The position numbers and the translations under genes are program-made. A stretch of DNA of 64,000 nt. Source: Amoebophrya sp. A120. Lineage: Eukaryota; Protista; Dinoflagellata. The stretch lies in NCBI GenBank assembly GCA_905178155.1, contig CAJINV010000005.1:290254-354253 (forward strand). The letters run 5' to 3'. Shown piece after piece: positions 1 to 14,700 of this stretch. The notes beneath the pieces are model-generated. The model was not told the DNA's origin. It saw only the letters and a program-made list of their open reading frames with translations, and did no database searches. Each line of letters opens with the position of its first letter. Position 1 is the stretch's first letter.

Positions 1-1566
1 AGTCGGGACGGCGACCAAAGCGCGGCGCTGCAGATAGCCGGCATGAAGTCCAGTCAGGTGCAAATGATTTTGGATCTGTTAGACGTGGACCCGCTGGACC
101 AACGAGGCGAGCAGTCCATGTCCGAGTTCTTCACGGCGCTAGAAGCGTGGCAGAGGCAGCACGTGCAGGCCATTGACGTGTTTGCGTTGCGGGTTCACTC
201 CGAAACGTTGCTGCGCAAGGTCCGGCTACTGGAGGATCTGGTGGCGTCTGTCTCGCGGGAGTACGAGCGATGTCTATCACCTTGCACAACATCCTCACAA
301 CCCGCTCCTGCTTGTGTGGTCGTACTTTCTCAACAGGGTCACAAACTGCACAACGTCCCCACCGCGCTTGCAAACCTGGCCTTAGCTTCTGCATCCTCTG
401 ATTGCATGATAAATTCCGCAAGTCGCGCAAACGTTTAATATCTTGCCCTACTGCGGACCAGTCCTCAATAGATAAGTGGGAGAGCAGCAGGAGGTTGTTG
501 TGCGTCTCCATACTGTCTGCCGCGGATGCACGAGGATTTGAAACACGCAAAGGAGAAGCTATATCCGGAACTCATCCGGCCAGAGTCAGGCCTAAAGTAT
601 GTCAAATAAAGCACTTAGCTGCACCGAGACCGTCTGAGAAAGTTACTGCAACCGCGTTCCTCTTCCATTTTTGAAAAAGTCGATCCATAGGACAAGACGA
701 AGATCAACATGATCAACATTCCAATGCGGTATAATTTGATAGAGTGCGAGATCGGGGAGTAGCGGAGCAACACGAATGGTCTCTAGATAAGAACATCGCT
801 TTAGTTAAACACACATCATGATATCAACCGTGCAGCGCTTTAGGCCTCTTGCATACCAGGGGGGCTATCTTGAAAACGCTGACCGCCCAGCGGATGCACC
901 GTGCCTTGGGCGAGACGCGGCGAAAACAGCTGCTGAAGAAGGCCGAGCAGGACCTAGAGCGGAGTCGGAAGGAAATCCGGGAGTCCGGTGCGGTCGAGGA
1001 GGAGTTGGGACACGTGTACCTCGCCAACCGGGACCTGCAGCGACGCAAATACGAAGAGGAAAACGCGGCGGAGAATGATCTCAGCTGCACGTTGGCGCCC
1101 GCGACCAATTTCCGCTTTCACGAGTGGGGGCGCCGGTCCCGCGCCTGCAAGGCGACGAAAAAACTCTCACAGGACTTCGCGGTCGCGCAGAAAAAAAACA
1201 AAAAGCTGAAGCAAGACGTATCAATGCCCGTTTTTGAATTTGTATACTATTAGGCACGCCATGAGATGCGAGCGTCAGACTTACTTTTTTTCGCAAAGCA
1301 GACGAGAGAAGAACATAGGTAGTGTACGATTAACACCAATCCAAGAGATGAAACTTCCTCCCATACATCAGCTCCAACGCGCACTCTACACGGCGTCCTT
1401 GCGCGAGCGAGAGATTCGCACGTCTCTCCGGTCCGAGCAGCGGGCGGCGAGTCAAACGCAGAAGAGTTTGCAGGCGAAGTCCGCAGTTCGAGAGACAAAC
1501 GGGGCCGACCAAACGCCCATCGATTCCGCACGGAGCGGGGTCTTTGCGGGCCTGTTTGGAAGCTAG
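1..1566 (+). CDS. 3' part of a spliced gene of unknown function (charged/coiled-coil-like C-terminus)
   Basis: ORFs 849-1253 and 1234-1566 join in frame via a GT-AG intron 1218-1347 (...KLKQD|MKLPP...). Upstream ORFs 43-438 and 402-674 are probable further exons with unresolved boundaries. Confidence 0.45.
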
Positions 1567-2799
1567 ACGCGGCGCGATGCTGGAGGAGACTTCGAAGAGG
1601 GCCAGTGAAGTCGCAGTAATATGCCGCTTTTCTGCTGGCGCGGTCCTGTTTCAGGGTATGCCGCACGGTTTTCTTTTCCTAACTTTTTTTCAAGATGTGG
1701 AGCAATCATCCAAGCAAGGAAAAGGACCCAAGCACAAGAACGTCGTTTTCCTTTATTTTCACCAGAAGTGTACAACAGTACAAAGAGATAGACTCGAGTT
1801 TTATTGATATCACATCAGAGAAAACAATGGAAGCTGCATCTGACAGAGCTTAAGCAACAGGTAACAGCAATGGATTTTACCATCTTCGCAACAGAATCAA
1901 AAAGACCAGCAGGCATACTACGCTGGCAGGGAAAGATTTCCACATCAACGCGATTGTGTAGCTTGAATCGAGCGTCGCAAGAAAAAGCTGCTAGAAGAAG
2001 CTTTCGGGTGACGGAATAAAGCGAAAGCTTAAACTAAGGGCGTGTCCAGAGGACCTAGGTTTCATACGGAATGGAAAGTCCAAACAAGCCGAAGAAAAAG
2101 CTAAATGTGAAAGCTTAAGTAGAATGTTGGCCTGTTGGTGTTTCTCGTTGTATGGGCCAAAGTGCACAGTTCAGAAGAGGATTTAGATTGCGTCCAACGA
2201 TAGTTCAAAATCATTTCTGCACAGAAAAGAGTGATATGCAGCAGAAAATAAAGAAAATCGGCATGTACTTACCAGATCCGGAGGCTCAGTATCATGTGTA
2301 GTCGTTTTATCCCGTGGACAAACTGACACCTCGTCCAATATCGTGCACCACAGCGTCTAGCAACACATACCAGCGTACAGATTCGTCCCATATTCGTTCT
2401 TCTGTCGTTTATTTGATCATCCATCGTACGAAACAGATTGAAAATCGTCGTTCGTTGTGACGCTTTTTCTTTATGTTTTCCTTTTCCCTCCAGATTTGTG
2501 TTTGGCTACCCCTTCCCCTTTCCCCACTACGCTTCCCCCGAGATGAAGTTGAGAGCTACCTTTTTTTTCTAGATCTTCCATCCTCTAGAGATGGGACGTT
2601 TCAGCATTGCCGAGATACTGTTCGTCCCCAGCCTCAAGACAGTTTTAGTTCTTTAGTGGAAAAATATTTTATACCAAGTACTTGTAACTTGTTCGCCTAT
2701 TTGTCTGTAGATCATGGCCATGGCCTGGGTTTTGCGTTTGTCTAGCACCTGTTGGTAACAACGACCAGTCAGGATATTTTCACGTCCAGGCAATCCAAA

Positions 2800-5700
2800 A
2801 TGACCAAGGTAACTAGAGGTCTGCTAGCGCTAATAGTGAACGCGGTACCATTCTGGTTGGATGATTCGTATGAGACGTCGTTCAACGGCAATATTATCTT
2901 CCTCACTTGTACAAGAAGTACTCTTTTCGTCAAGGCGTTTCAGTTCGTGAAACCCCAGAAGAGTCTTAACAAAGGAAGCCTCCGCCGAGACATCGTCGCA
3001 GGGAGTAGGAGAAATCTCGACAGATCCGATCGAACGCGAGGGAGTCCCACTGCCGTGGCAGGCAGCAAGAAGTCCGGGCAGCACCAACCGAGGGAAGATG
3101 CTACTGGAATCTCCTGGGTTGCACGAGTACAGGATCTCAGCTTTGCGGAGGAGGCACACCATGCGAAAGCTTCGGGTGATACCTGCGTGGGTTTCCAGCG
3201 GTGCAGCATTCCGGTAACGGGATGGGTGGACACTGGGAATGGCGGCTACAGCGGCGTCGAGGCCAAGCTCGACGAGGATTTATGTGTGTGCGGGTCCGGC
3301 GAGAGCTGCTTCCTGAAGGAGGGAGCCGAGTACGGGGCCTGCTTTGCAGATGTCGATCAGTGTAAGACATCGGTGAAGAATGGTGAGGTTTTCGAAGACT
3401 GGTGCACCGATCAAGGTTCGACGGGGTGTGATGGTGCGTGGTTGTGCCAGACCATCGAACAGTACAATGCGATCCTCACTACACCACCCAACAACGCGGG
3501 CGACACATATCTCTCAGAAAAGAGCACGTCACTGTGAACTGGTAATGCAGATGAGCCTGCTGATGAGCATGCTTAAGCTTGTGCAAATGCAAGTGCGATG
3601 CAGAGCCACAGGCCGAGCGGAGCTCTCTGTCCTGCTGCAAACGCAAAAAAGTGTGTCTTCGTCTAGAAACCACGCAGGAAGATTTTCTTCGACTCCTTTT
3701 TTCTTCTAAAAAGTAGAATACTTGCTGTTATGCAGATCATCGCGCAGACACATCTTCATGTTCATGGTGAGTGATTTTTTTGGCATGATATCGTGCCGGC
3801 CTTGGACCTGAACGTGCAGGTAGAGTGCGACGGTTGTGGTCCAGACGCCGCGGGGCTCGATTGCTACAATGCGTGTGGCACATGGCACTATTTGAATGAT
3901 TGTATTTTGTGCGACAATGTCGTAGTCGTATTGAAACAGCGTCTTGTTGCTTCCTTGCAGCTTTACAAAGTCTGGATGCAAATAAAAACAAGGGACACTA
4001 TCTAACATGCGACTAAATCGCTCCTATATTTTTCTCAACGTGCCTCACGGCTTTGCTACGTGACTACGAAGTGCGGCTACCATGCCATCAAGCACGGACT
4101 CGTTGTCGGCATGCTTGACATGCCCGATGTCCAGAGGAGCGGCGTGGGCGAAGCGCTCTCATACCAGACAAACTAGGAGAAGAACAATTCTTCTATGTGC
4201 TGAGACGATTTTCATTTAATGCGACTACGGCACTTCCCCACATCATACACCGCGGAGAATGCGACGGCTCAGTGTGCAGCAGGCAACCCCATAGAGAAGG
4301 CGACTTGACCGCCTGTAGCGCGTCGGCTCCAGCCGGATCGCCGAACAAGTATATCGGGGGTTGCTGCTTTTATGAGAAGGATGTAGGAATACGGGGACCG
4401 ACAGGAGGAGATCTTCAGACTGGATGTGACCACCTCCGGAGCGTGCAAGACGCGACCGGGCTGGCGGCGCTCGGGACGAATCCTGCGTCCACTGCAGCAG
4501 TGGATAACCTGCCATGGTCTCAGTGGGAATCGTACAAGAGGAACATCTGCATGGCCATCCCCACTGACTGCACGAGCGAGTGCAACGGCAAAGCCGGGTT
4601 GTGCGATTTCTGCAACCCGGGGGACGGTCGGCAGGGTGCCTGCTGCAAGAAGGGCGAGACCGACGAAACCGGCACTGACCCGGGCGGCGACAATGTCTGC
4701 AACCACCAAGAGTCGAGCGGCATGGTCTTTCTATCAAGTGTAAAAATGTCTGGGTCTGGAAACTTGTGACGCTGGGCGGCGTATCATGAGGAGGCCACAA
4801 GTTCTGGCTCAGCATGACAAGTTTCTGAGCTTCTTGGTGTTGCCTAATCTGCATGACAAACTGCGTTTCTGCATGACAGAAAAATGGGGGTCTTGGGTAA
4901 TGCGCATGACAAATTGAAGTGTCATGTGAGACAAGCATGACAAACTTGCATTCTTCCAGACCCAGACATTTTTACATTTGATACTTTCCGTTCGCGGACA
5001 ACATGCGGCAAAGCGCCACGCTGTGGAAGTACGAGTGCGTGGTCGTGCCTGAGCCCGCGGCAGTGGAGTGCGTCTGGGGCGACTGGAGTGCGACCGGAGA
5101 CTGTTCGGAGACCTGCAGCGGGTCGAGCGGGACACAAACTTACACGCGGTCTAAAGAGCCCGCTAGTGAAGCGTGCGCCGAGACTGAGACCGAAAGCCGG
5201 GCTTGCGTCGGCATCTCGGCGTGCGAGTCTTGTGTGGCCAGCTGGAATGTCACGGAGGAGGTGCTGGTGAGCCAGTGCGAGGGCAAAGGGGAAACTCTGA
5301 CGAGGAAGTACGAAGTTTCGGAGGGTGCGGCAGAGTGCCCGCACGTTTCAGGCGAGACACAGAGCATCCTCTGCCCAACGGACTGCACGGGGTCCTGGGA
5401 GGTACAAGGGGCCTGCACCGGTGCGGGCGAGACTCTGACGGAAATGTTCAACCGAGTAGAAGCAGAACCGGGCATGCATATAAATGGCACGGAGATCGCA
5501 GCGAGCTCGTGTGACCTACCCATAAATGGTACGACACAGGACAGTAGTACCGCGTGCCCGCTGCATACCTGTACCTGTGAGCACGGCGAAGCCGAAACAG
5601 GTTCGGACTGCATTGAAGATGGCGTGACTGTGGGGTGTGTGGTTGGCGGATGCAATAACGACGTGGCCGGCTACTACCACAACGATGGTGGTGAAGCAGG

Positions 5701-8700
5701 GAACAATTGTGTGGCTAATTCTTGCAAGTGCGATCACGGAACTGAGTTGGTTAGTGCTTTGCTGTGCGAGCAAAATGATGAGACAGTTGGATGTGTGGAT
5801 GGCGGCTGCCTTGACGGCTACTTCAACGTGGACATAGGCAATGGAGATGGCAGATTTGATTGCCAATTGAAAGAGTGTACCTGTGAGTTCGGTGAATCTG
5901 CTATAGGGTCCGAATGCCCAGAGAACGGCGCGATGCAGTGCCGTGACAATGAATGCGATTCTGGGTACCGGAACAATCCAACGGACGTACGGAAGGAGTG
6001 TGTCCCCAACACCTGCGCATGTGCCAACGGCGAGCCTCTCGTGGACGCTGTCTGTGAGTCACACGAAAACACGATCGGGTGCAGCGAAACTGGCTGCCAC
6101 GAGGGGTACCACCACGAAGAGATCGATGGAGGTGATGGGCGGGGCACCTGTGTAGAGAACCAATGCACCTGTGAAAATGGCTTTCCACTGACGGATCCTG
6201 CAGTTTGTACAGAGCACCAGAGTACGCCCGGCTGTGCTAGCTGCAAGGAGAGCGAGGGTTTCAAGCTGCATGCAGAGGATCACTCCTGCGTGCGTGACTG
6301 TGAGGGTTCGTGGAACGTCACGAACGGAGATTTTATGCATTGCAAATATGTCGCGGTCTGGAATGCTGCAACATGTCACGCTGAGTCAAGAGCGCACAAA
6401 TATCTGTGTTGCATGAACGCCAAAAGCCGCCAGCTTCTTGCTACTTGCGCAAAGGGCAAATGTCCCATGCGGGATAGGCATTGAGGAGTCGTCGTGAAGG
6501 TTGTGATGCTTCTGTGTGCATTCCACACCATTTGCGTTATACGCGAGATGCATGAAGACAGACGTTGCGTTCTTCCAGACCCCGACGTATGTGCATTTGA
6601 TAGATTTCGTGGCTATGCAATTATGCAGTGCAGTTGCAGGAAACGGAGAAGTGATTACCCGAGTGTACAGCGTTGTAAGGAGCGCAATTGGCGCCGCTGC
6701 CGAAGCTTGCGAAGCCGGTGATGGCACTCAAGAGACCATCACTTGTCCGACGGATTGCCAAGGCTTCTGGAATGACACAGAATTACTACCGGAGACGGTC
6801 TGCACAGGGGCGGGCGAGACGTTATCGCGTACCTTCACACGGACAGAAGCAGTAAATGGTCGGGATGAAAACAACTCGGAGATCGTGGCAGGAACGTGCA
6901 CCCTCCCAGCGGCCGGCGCAATAGAGAAGATTACGTGCCCGACGAACTGCACGGGTTTCTGGGACGTCGTAGAACTGGAACAAGAATGCACCGGGGCGGG
7001 CGAGACCTTTTCGCGTACCTTTACACGGACAGAAGCAGTAAATGGGGAGGATGTAAATGCCGCTGTGATCGCGGCAGCCACGTGTGACCTCCGTGCAAAT
7101 GGCACGACAGAGTCTATCACGTGCCCACTGCACAGCTGCATCTGCGCCCACGGTGAAGCCGAAACAGGCTCGCGCTGCAATGCGGACGGCGAAACGGTGG
7201 GGTGTGTGCAAGGGGAATGCAACAACGACGGCCAGTTGGGGCACTACCACAACGACCCTCGAGATACTGAAGGAAATAATTGTGTAACTAATTCTTGCAA
7301 GTGCGTCCACGGATCGGCGCTGGTGAGTGCGGATTTGTGCGAGGAAAACGGTGTGACGGATGGGTGTGACCCCCAACAAGTCTGCAACTCGGGGTATCAC
7401 TACGAGGAGATTGATGGAGGCGGTGGACGGGGCACCTGTGTAGAAAACCAATGCACGTGTGCAAACGGAAACTATGCTACCGGAGTCGAATGTCAAACCC
7501 ACGGCGAGCAAAAGTGCGTGGCGCCGTGCCACGAGGGCCATCACTTGAGCGGGGAGAACACCTGCGTCGTCAATACCTGTCGTTGCGCGCACGGCGTGCC
7601 CCTTACGGACGCAGCTTGCCTAGTGCATCAAAACACGATCGGGTGCACGCAGGATGGGTGCGACGAATGGTACCACCCAGTGCCTGCAACTGGTAACAAT
7701 GTTACTTGCGAAATAAACCAGTGTTTTTGCGATGCAGGCACACACAAAACCGGCGAGGGTTGCGCTGACGACGGTGGGACGGAGGGCTGCACTGATTGCG
7801 CCGACGAAGACTACCACAAAGTTGGCACGGAATGCCGGCTAAAGGAATGCACGTGCGCCAACGGTACTCCCGCCACGGGGTCCGTTTGTAGCGACCCCCC
7901 TCCGGAGAAGTGCAAAGAGTGCGCTAGCGGCTACCACAAAGAAGCAGACGACAGTTGTGTTGCGAATGAGTGCGCGTGCGACAACGGTTCTCCACTGACG
8001 GATCCTGGAATCTGTACAGAACACCAGAGCACGCCCGGCTGTGCCAGTTGCAGCAACGGATTCTATCTGCGAGAACAAGCCTGCGTGCGTGACTGTGTAG
8101 GGGCGTGGAACGTGTCGAACGATGTGTTCGCGACTGGGGAATTGTGCAGTGCAAGTAGAAACGGGCAAGTGTTCACGCGAGAGTACAGCGTCACAAGCAG
8201 CCCGGTCGGCGGCGGCGCAGCTGCTTGCGAAGAGGCGGATGGCGCTCAAGAGACCATCATTTGTCCGACCGACTGCGTGGGGTCATGGGACACGGACCCC
8301 GATGACGTAGTGGATACACGGTGCGCGGGGGACGGCGAGACGGTGACGGTCATGTACACCGTAACGACGTCAGCGGTAGATGGCCAGGGGGCTGACGGTA
8401 CCAGCTGCAAATTGTGAATCTGGGATGTCTGCTGAAAACAATGTGCATAACTAACCAAATAAGTTAGTCCTTTTTTGATGGGGATTGTTTTTCAGGAGAG
8501 CTCGCGATTTTGATATTGAGAGGCCTTGTTAGTTTGACACTCATGATGGTGCTGTCTCCGCCGGTACAATTGTTGTTTCCGGCATGAGAACAAAGGTATT
8601 TGCGCAGTCGGCCCTTAATACAGGATGTAATTTGTCATATGAGTGGTCTTGTAAGACACAGCAGAAATCCAGACCTCGACAGGTTTGCACTGCATAAGAG

Positions 8701-11700
8701 GGAGTGTGATCAACGCAGCCGAGTGTTCGCCCGCGGGCGACACAACGCAAGATATCACCTGCCCCACGGATTGCCAGGGTTCCTGGAATGACACTGAGTT
8801 ACTACAAAGCACGCTCTGCTCTGCCGGAGACGGAAAAGTAGTGACGCGAGTCTATACGCACGATCGGGCCGCACTGAATGGTGGGAATGACTGTGATTAC
8901 GTGAATGGGCATCAAGAAACCCTCACCTGCCCGACGAACTGCACGGGTTTCTGGGACGTCGTAGAACTGGAACAAGAATGCACGGGGGCGGGCGAGACGT
9001 TGTCGCGTACCTTCACCCGAACAGAAGCAGTAAATGGGGAGGATGTAAATGGCTACGAGATCCCGGCAAGCACGTGTGACCTCCCAGAGAACGACAAAGA
9101 AGAGGAGATTACGTGCCCAAGGAACTGCACGGGCCTCTGGGACGTCGAGCTTCCCGACCTGGAACAGAATTGCACGGGGGCGGGCGAGACGTTGTCGCGT
9201 ACCTTCACCCGAACAGAAGCAGTAAATGGGGAGGATGTAAATGGCTACGAGATCCCGGCAAGCACGTGTGACCTCCCAGAGAACGACAAAGAAGAGGAGA
9301 TTACGTGCCCAAGGAACTGCACGGGCCTCTGGGACGTCGAGCTTCCCGACCTGGAACAGAATTGCACGGGGGCGGGCGAGACGTTGTCGCGTACCTTCAC
9401 CCGAACAGAAGCAGTAAATGGGGAGGATGTAAATGGCTACGAGATCCCGGCAAGCACGTGTGACCTCCCAGAGAACGACAAAGAAGAGGAGATTACGTGC
9501 CCAAGGAACTGCACGGGCCTCTGGGACGTCGAGCTTCCCGACCTGGAACAGAATTGCACGGGGGCGGGCGAGACGTTGTCGCGTACCTTCACCCGAACAG
9601 AAGCAGTAAATGGGGAGGATGTAAATGGCTACGAGATCCCGGCAAGCACGTGTGACCTCCCAGAGAACGACAAAGAAGAGGAGATTACGTGCCCAAGGAA
9701 CTGCACGGGCCTCTGGGACGTCGAGCTTCCCGACCTGGAACAGAATTGCACGGGGGCGGGCGAGACGTTGTCGCGTACCTTCACCCGAACAGAAGCAGTA
9801 AATGGGGAGGATGTAAATGGCTACGAGATCCCGGCAAGCACGTGTGACCTCCCAGAGAACGACAAAGAAGAGGAGATTACGTGCCCAAGGAACTGCACGG
9901 GCCTCTGGGACGTCGAGCTTCCCGACCTGGAACAGAATTGCACGGGGGCGGGCGAGACGTTGTCGCGTACCTTCACCCGAACAGAAGCAGTAAATGGGGA
10001 GGATGTAAATGGCTACGAGATCCCGGCAAGCACGTGTGACCTCCCAGAGAACGACAAAGAAGAGGAGATTACGTGCCCAAGGAACTGCACGGGCCTCTGG
10101 GACGTCGAGCTTCCCGACCTGGAACAGAATTGCACGGGGGCGGGCGAGACGTTGTCGCGTACCTTCACCCGAACAGAAGCAGTAAATGGGGAGGATGTAA
10201 ATGGCTACGAGATCCCGGCAAGCACGTGTGACCTCCCAGAGAACGACAAAGAAGAGGAGATTACGTGCCCAAGGAACTGCACGGGCCTCTGGGACGTCGA
10301 GCTTCCCGACCTGGAACAGAATTGCACGGGGGCGGGCGAGACGTTGTCGCGTACCTTCACCCGAACAGAAGCAGTAAATGGGGAGGATGTAAATGCCGCT
10401 GTGATCGCGGCAGCCACGTGTGACCTCCCTGCAGATGGTGCGACAGATTCGATCACGTGCGCACTGCACAGCTGCACCTGCGCCAACGGCGTAGCCGAAA
10501 TAGGTTCACGCTGCGATGCGAACGGCACAACGGTGGGGTGCGTGGATGGGCAATGCCACAACCACGAGGACTCTGGCTACTACCACAACGATGATAGCGA
10601 AGGGAGGAATTGTGTAGCTAATTCTTGCAGGTGCGAACACGGAGCCGCCCTGGTTAGTGCAGAATTCTGCGAGGAAAACGGTGTGACGGCTGGATGCGCT
10701 GGCGGCGAGTGCAATCCTGGGTACCGGAACAACCTTACGGACGTAGGAAAACAGTGCGTCCCCAACACCTGTTTCTGCGCCCACGGCGAGCCTCTGATCG
10801 ACGCTGCTTGCGAGGTGCACGGAAGCACTTCTGGCTGCACGGAGAGTGGATGTTTCTTAGGGTACCACCCCGTGAATCAAAGTAACACGACAGCGACTAA
10901 TTTCACGTGCGAAATAAACCGCTGCTATTGCGACCAAGGGGCGGAGCATTACAAAACCGGCGCGGACTGCGCTGCCGACGGCACGACGCTGGGCTGCACG
11001 GAGTGCAGCGATGGTGATTACTACCTAGACGGCCATGAGTGCAAGTTGCGGGAGTGCACTTGCCCGGGTGGCGACGCGGCCACAGGTGCCGGTTGCGAGG
11101 AAAGCGGCAACACGGTCAAGTGCATTCGCTGCACAGCGGACGGATTCCACCTGAACGATACGAACAGCCTGTGCGAGCAGAACGAGTGCACCTGTGCAAA
11201 CGGGACTGCAGCGCTTAGGGAAGCTTGCACCGACGACGGGGCCAATATCTGCACTGATTGCCATTCTGGGTTCCATCTGAATGGCACTGCCTGCGAGGCA
11301 AACACCTGCGTTTGCGCAGACGGAGTTAAAGCGACCGGAGATGCGTGCACCGGCGACGGGGCCAATATCTGCATTGATTGCCATTCTGGGTTCCATCTGA
11401 ATGGCACTGCCTGCGAGGCAAACACCTGCGTTTGCGCAGACGGAGTTAAAGCGACCGGAGATGCGTGCACCGGCGACGGGGCCAATATCTGCATTGATTG
11501 CCATTCTGGGTTTCATCTGAATGGCACTGCCTGCGAGGCAAACACCTGCGTTTGCGCAGACGGAGTTAAAGCGACCGGAGATGCGTGCACCGGCGACGGG
11601 GCCAATATGTGCACTGATTGCCATTCTGGTTTTCATCTGAATGGCACTGCCTGCGAGGCAAACACCTGCGTTTGCGGAGACGGAGTTAAAGCGACCGGAG

Positions 11701-14700
11701 ATGCGTGCACCGACGACGGGGCCAATATCTGCATTGATTGCCATTCTGGGTTCCATCTGAATGGCACTGCCTGCGAGGCAAACTCCTGCGTTTGCGCAGA
11801 CGGAGTTAAAGCGACCGGAGATGCGTGCACCGGAGACGGGGCCAATATCTGCACTGATTGCCATTCTGGGTTCCATCTGAATGGCACTGCCTGCGATGCA
11901 AATGCCTGCGTTTGCGCAGACGGAGTTAAAGCGACCGGAGATGCGTGCACCGGCGACGGGGCCCATATCTGCACTGATTGCCATTCTGGGTTCCATCTGA
12001 ATGGCACTGCCTGCGAGGCAAATACCTGCGTTTGCGACAACGGCGTGGCTCTACAAGGCGCTCCCACCTGCGAGGCCGATGGTGTAACGCTCGGCTGTGA
12101 CACCTGTAACGACGGTTTCGAAAAGAGTGGGCTTTCTTGCGTGGCCGCTGGGGGAAACGCCACCACCGGTGAGAACGGCACGGAGCTGCCGGTTGCTGTG
12201 CGGGAGTTCGAAATGGACTTGAGCCTCAACGGCACCCTCTTCGCGGACATTGAGGAAGCCCTGCGGAGAGAGGAGCTTCGCAGCTCGGTGACGCGGGGGG
12301 TGCTGGACTTCCTTCTCGGCACCGGGGTCACGGGCCTTACCTTGGGGCAGTTCGAGACGGCGAACCTGACGGCTTTGAACGTCACCCGTGGGGATGATGA
12401 TGGCACAAACCACAGCAACACCACGCCGGCGGAAAACTCCGGCAGCAGCGGTGGGTCCGGCTCTGGAGCAGGGTCCTTTTTGCAGCATCAACTCGTGGTT
12501 CCCAGGTTGACGGCTCCGCGGAGGCCAAAAGTCGCACGCGGCCTCGTAGTAGGAGCCGCAACGAGGACGGCGCAAGAGATGGGGCGCCGCGGGCGCACGA
12601 AAAAGACAAGTTTTCTGGACACGCTTCATCTGCACACGGAGACAGTCGAAAAGTTGGTTGAGCAGCCTGGTGGCGACACCGACTTTGTGTATGTCGATGT
12701 TCTGGCCACATTCGGCATCCGGGCGCCGCAAGCAACGCTGCTGCTAGTGGACTATTGGTGTATCGATGTGGCAAGCGGAAAATCGTCATAGTGGAAGATA
12801 ATGAAAGAAATTATGTCACTCTCCTGCTTCATTAGACAGGAACACGATATCATTCCTGCTCCTGTAAAGGAGAGGCGTAATGAATCAAGAGCTGCTGCAA
12901 AAGTGGCTCTCGCTCATACTGTCGTTGTCAGTCGTAAGCTTCGTGATGAAAAACATGTTCTGACCGCGGAACAGTACAATAGATTTTTTATGCGACAGCA
13001 AAGCTGTAGGCCTGAACTGGAAAACAGCACAGCTTCCACTTCGCGAAATTCTCGTCTGAAACTTGCATAACGTGGCGCGGTGCTGACACCGTTCCGGCAG
13101 ACGGATCCGCTTTCGTGAGTGGAGACCAGGCACTCGGCGCTGCAATTGCGAGCGCCGTTAACGGCGCCCCGGGGTTGCTGGGCGTGCAAGTCGTGGGGAA
13201 CGCTACGATTCTGACGCCGGCTGGCACAACCACGACCACCACCACCACGCTCTTCGTGGAGGGACCCAACAAGTCCGTGACGCGCGGGTCCCGCGTCCAG
13301 CTGGCCTGTCCCGAGTGCGGCGACGAGGCGCCGGCCGCGCTGCACTGCTATCAGAAGTGCTCCTGGGCGTGGAATTCGCCGCATTGCGCGGAAGCCTGCC
13401 TCGTGCAGGGGGTTCCCGCGGGCGAAGACCCGAACGCGTACGAGGGCGCCTGTTGCGAGTACCGGGCAAAGTTTGCGGGTGCGCCGGAGGATGCGGTGGT
13501 GCCCGCCCCGGGGCAGATGGCGGCCGAGGCCACCACGGAGTGCCAGATCTTGGTGAATTTGGTGAACGCCACGCCCGCGCACGGCGTGACCGAGGCCTTC
13601 CTAAACAGCAACCAGGACGAGTACACCTGCGTGGCCATGCCGCGCTGGATCTCCGCGCGGCGCACGTGGCCGGCGGCCGACGCCTGCGAAGGGCAGTGCA
13701 CCGCGGAGGACCCGACTGGCGCCAACCGCACGCCGGGATGCTGCAAGAAGGGCGACGCGAACTTGTCCGCGGGCGACCCCTGCAGCCGGGTCGCGGACTT
13801 CCCCGTCGCGGACCGGATCGCGGACGCCGCGCTGTGGGAGTACGAGTGCGTGTTCGTGCCGCCGCACGTCGGTGACGAAACCATCACCACGATGCCGACG
13901 CCCAAGGGAGAGGTTAACATCATTGACTTCACCGGGACCACAACAACCGCAGCGCCCGGGGCCGGGGCGGAGCTCAAGAACGGCACCTCCAAAAATACCA
14001 CGTCCGGGGACGGCACTGACGCCGAGGAGGACGACGTGCAGGGCTGGGTGGCTGTGCTCATCATCGTTGGCGCCCTTCTGGTCTTTGCGCTCGGCGTGCT
14101 GGGCATCATATGCTTCTTCCCGCACGCAGACGACGGGGATGAGGATATGACTTCGGAAGGTGCGAACAAAGACGGCAAGAAGGAGCCTTTCGGCGACGCC
14201 TCCGCGGCGCGCCCGAGCAGGAGTAGCGACAGCGCCAAGGAGGGTGGTGCGGGGGCGAAGATAAAATCAGATACCGAGGAAGAAAAGGACGGACGGGAGA
14301 CGGATCAACTAAAGTCCCGGAACTCGTCCGATGCAGAAGAGAATGCTGACAAAGGTACCAAACTAAAATCGCAGGAGGACGAGGATTCGAAGCAGTCACA
14401 GAACGTCCACGACGGAGACGATGACGCAGCCAAGAATATCCTGAGTAAAAACTGATACCCATATTACCCCAGCGTCAAGCGGGGAAGAATTACCGGCGTC
14501 ACAAATCGAGAAGCTTTGGTAGACGCGCATGATGTTGGCAAGTTTCTGTCAGTTGTATCAAGTTTGTCACTTTTCATGGTTCGCAGGGACAGCCGCATCA
14601 CGTTTATCCCCATTAGAAATAGTAACAAAAAACGTCGACTCGTCGAAATTTCTCTCATTGCGATCATTCTGCGCATATTTATTACAAATGCTCCTGCTGT

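Noticed and set aside
270-860. Possible degenerate introners near 275-411 and 562-855
   Set aside because: Weak end complementarity and no TSD; the element+5 rule did not restore frame for the first, and the second was not resolvable.
3919-4225. Intron as another TAT...ATA element
   Set aside because: Only faint inverted similarity and the predicted removal is out of frame; left as an unresolved intron.
8802-12424. Long minus-strand ORFs (555, 323 and 263 aa)
   Set aside because: Antisense shadows of GC-rich coding tandem repeats on the + strand.
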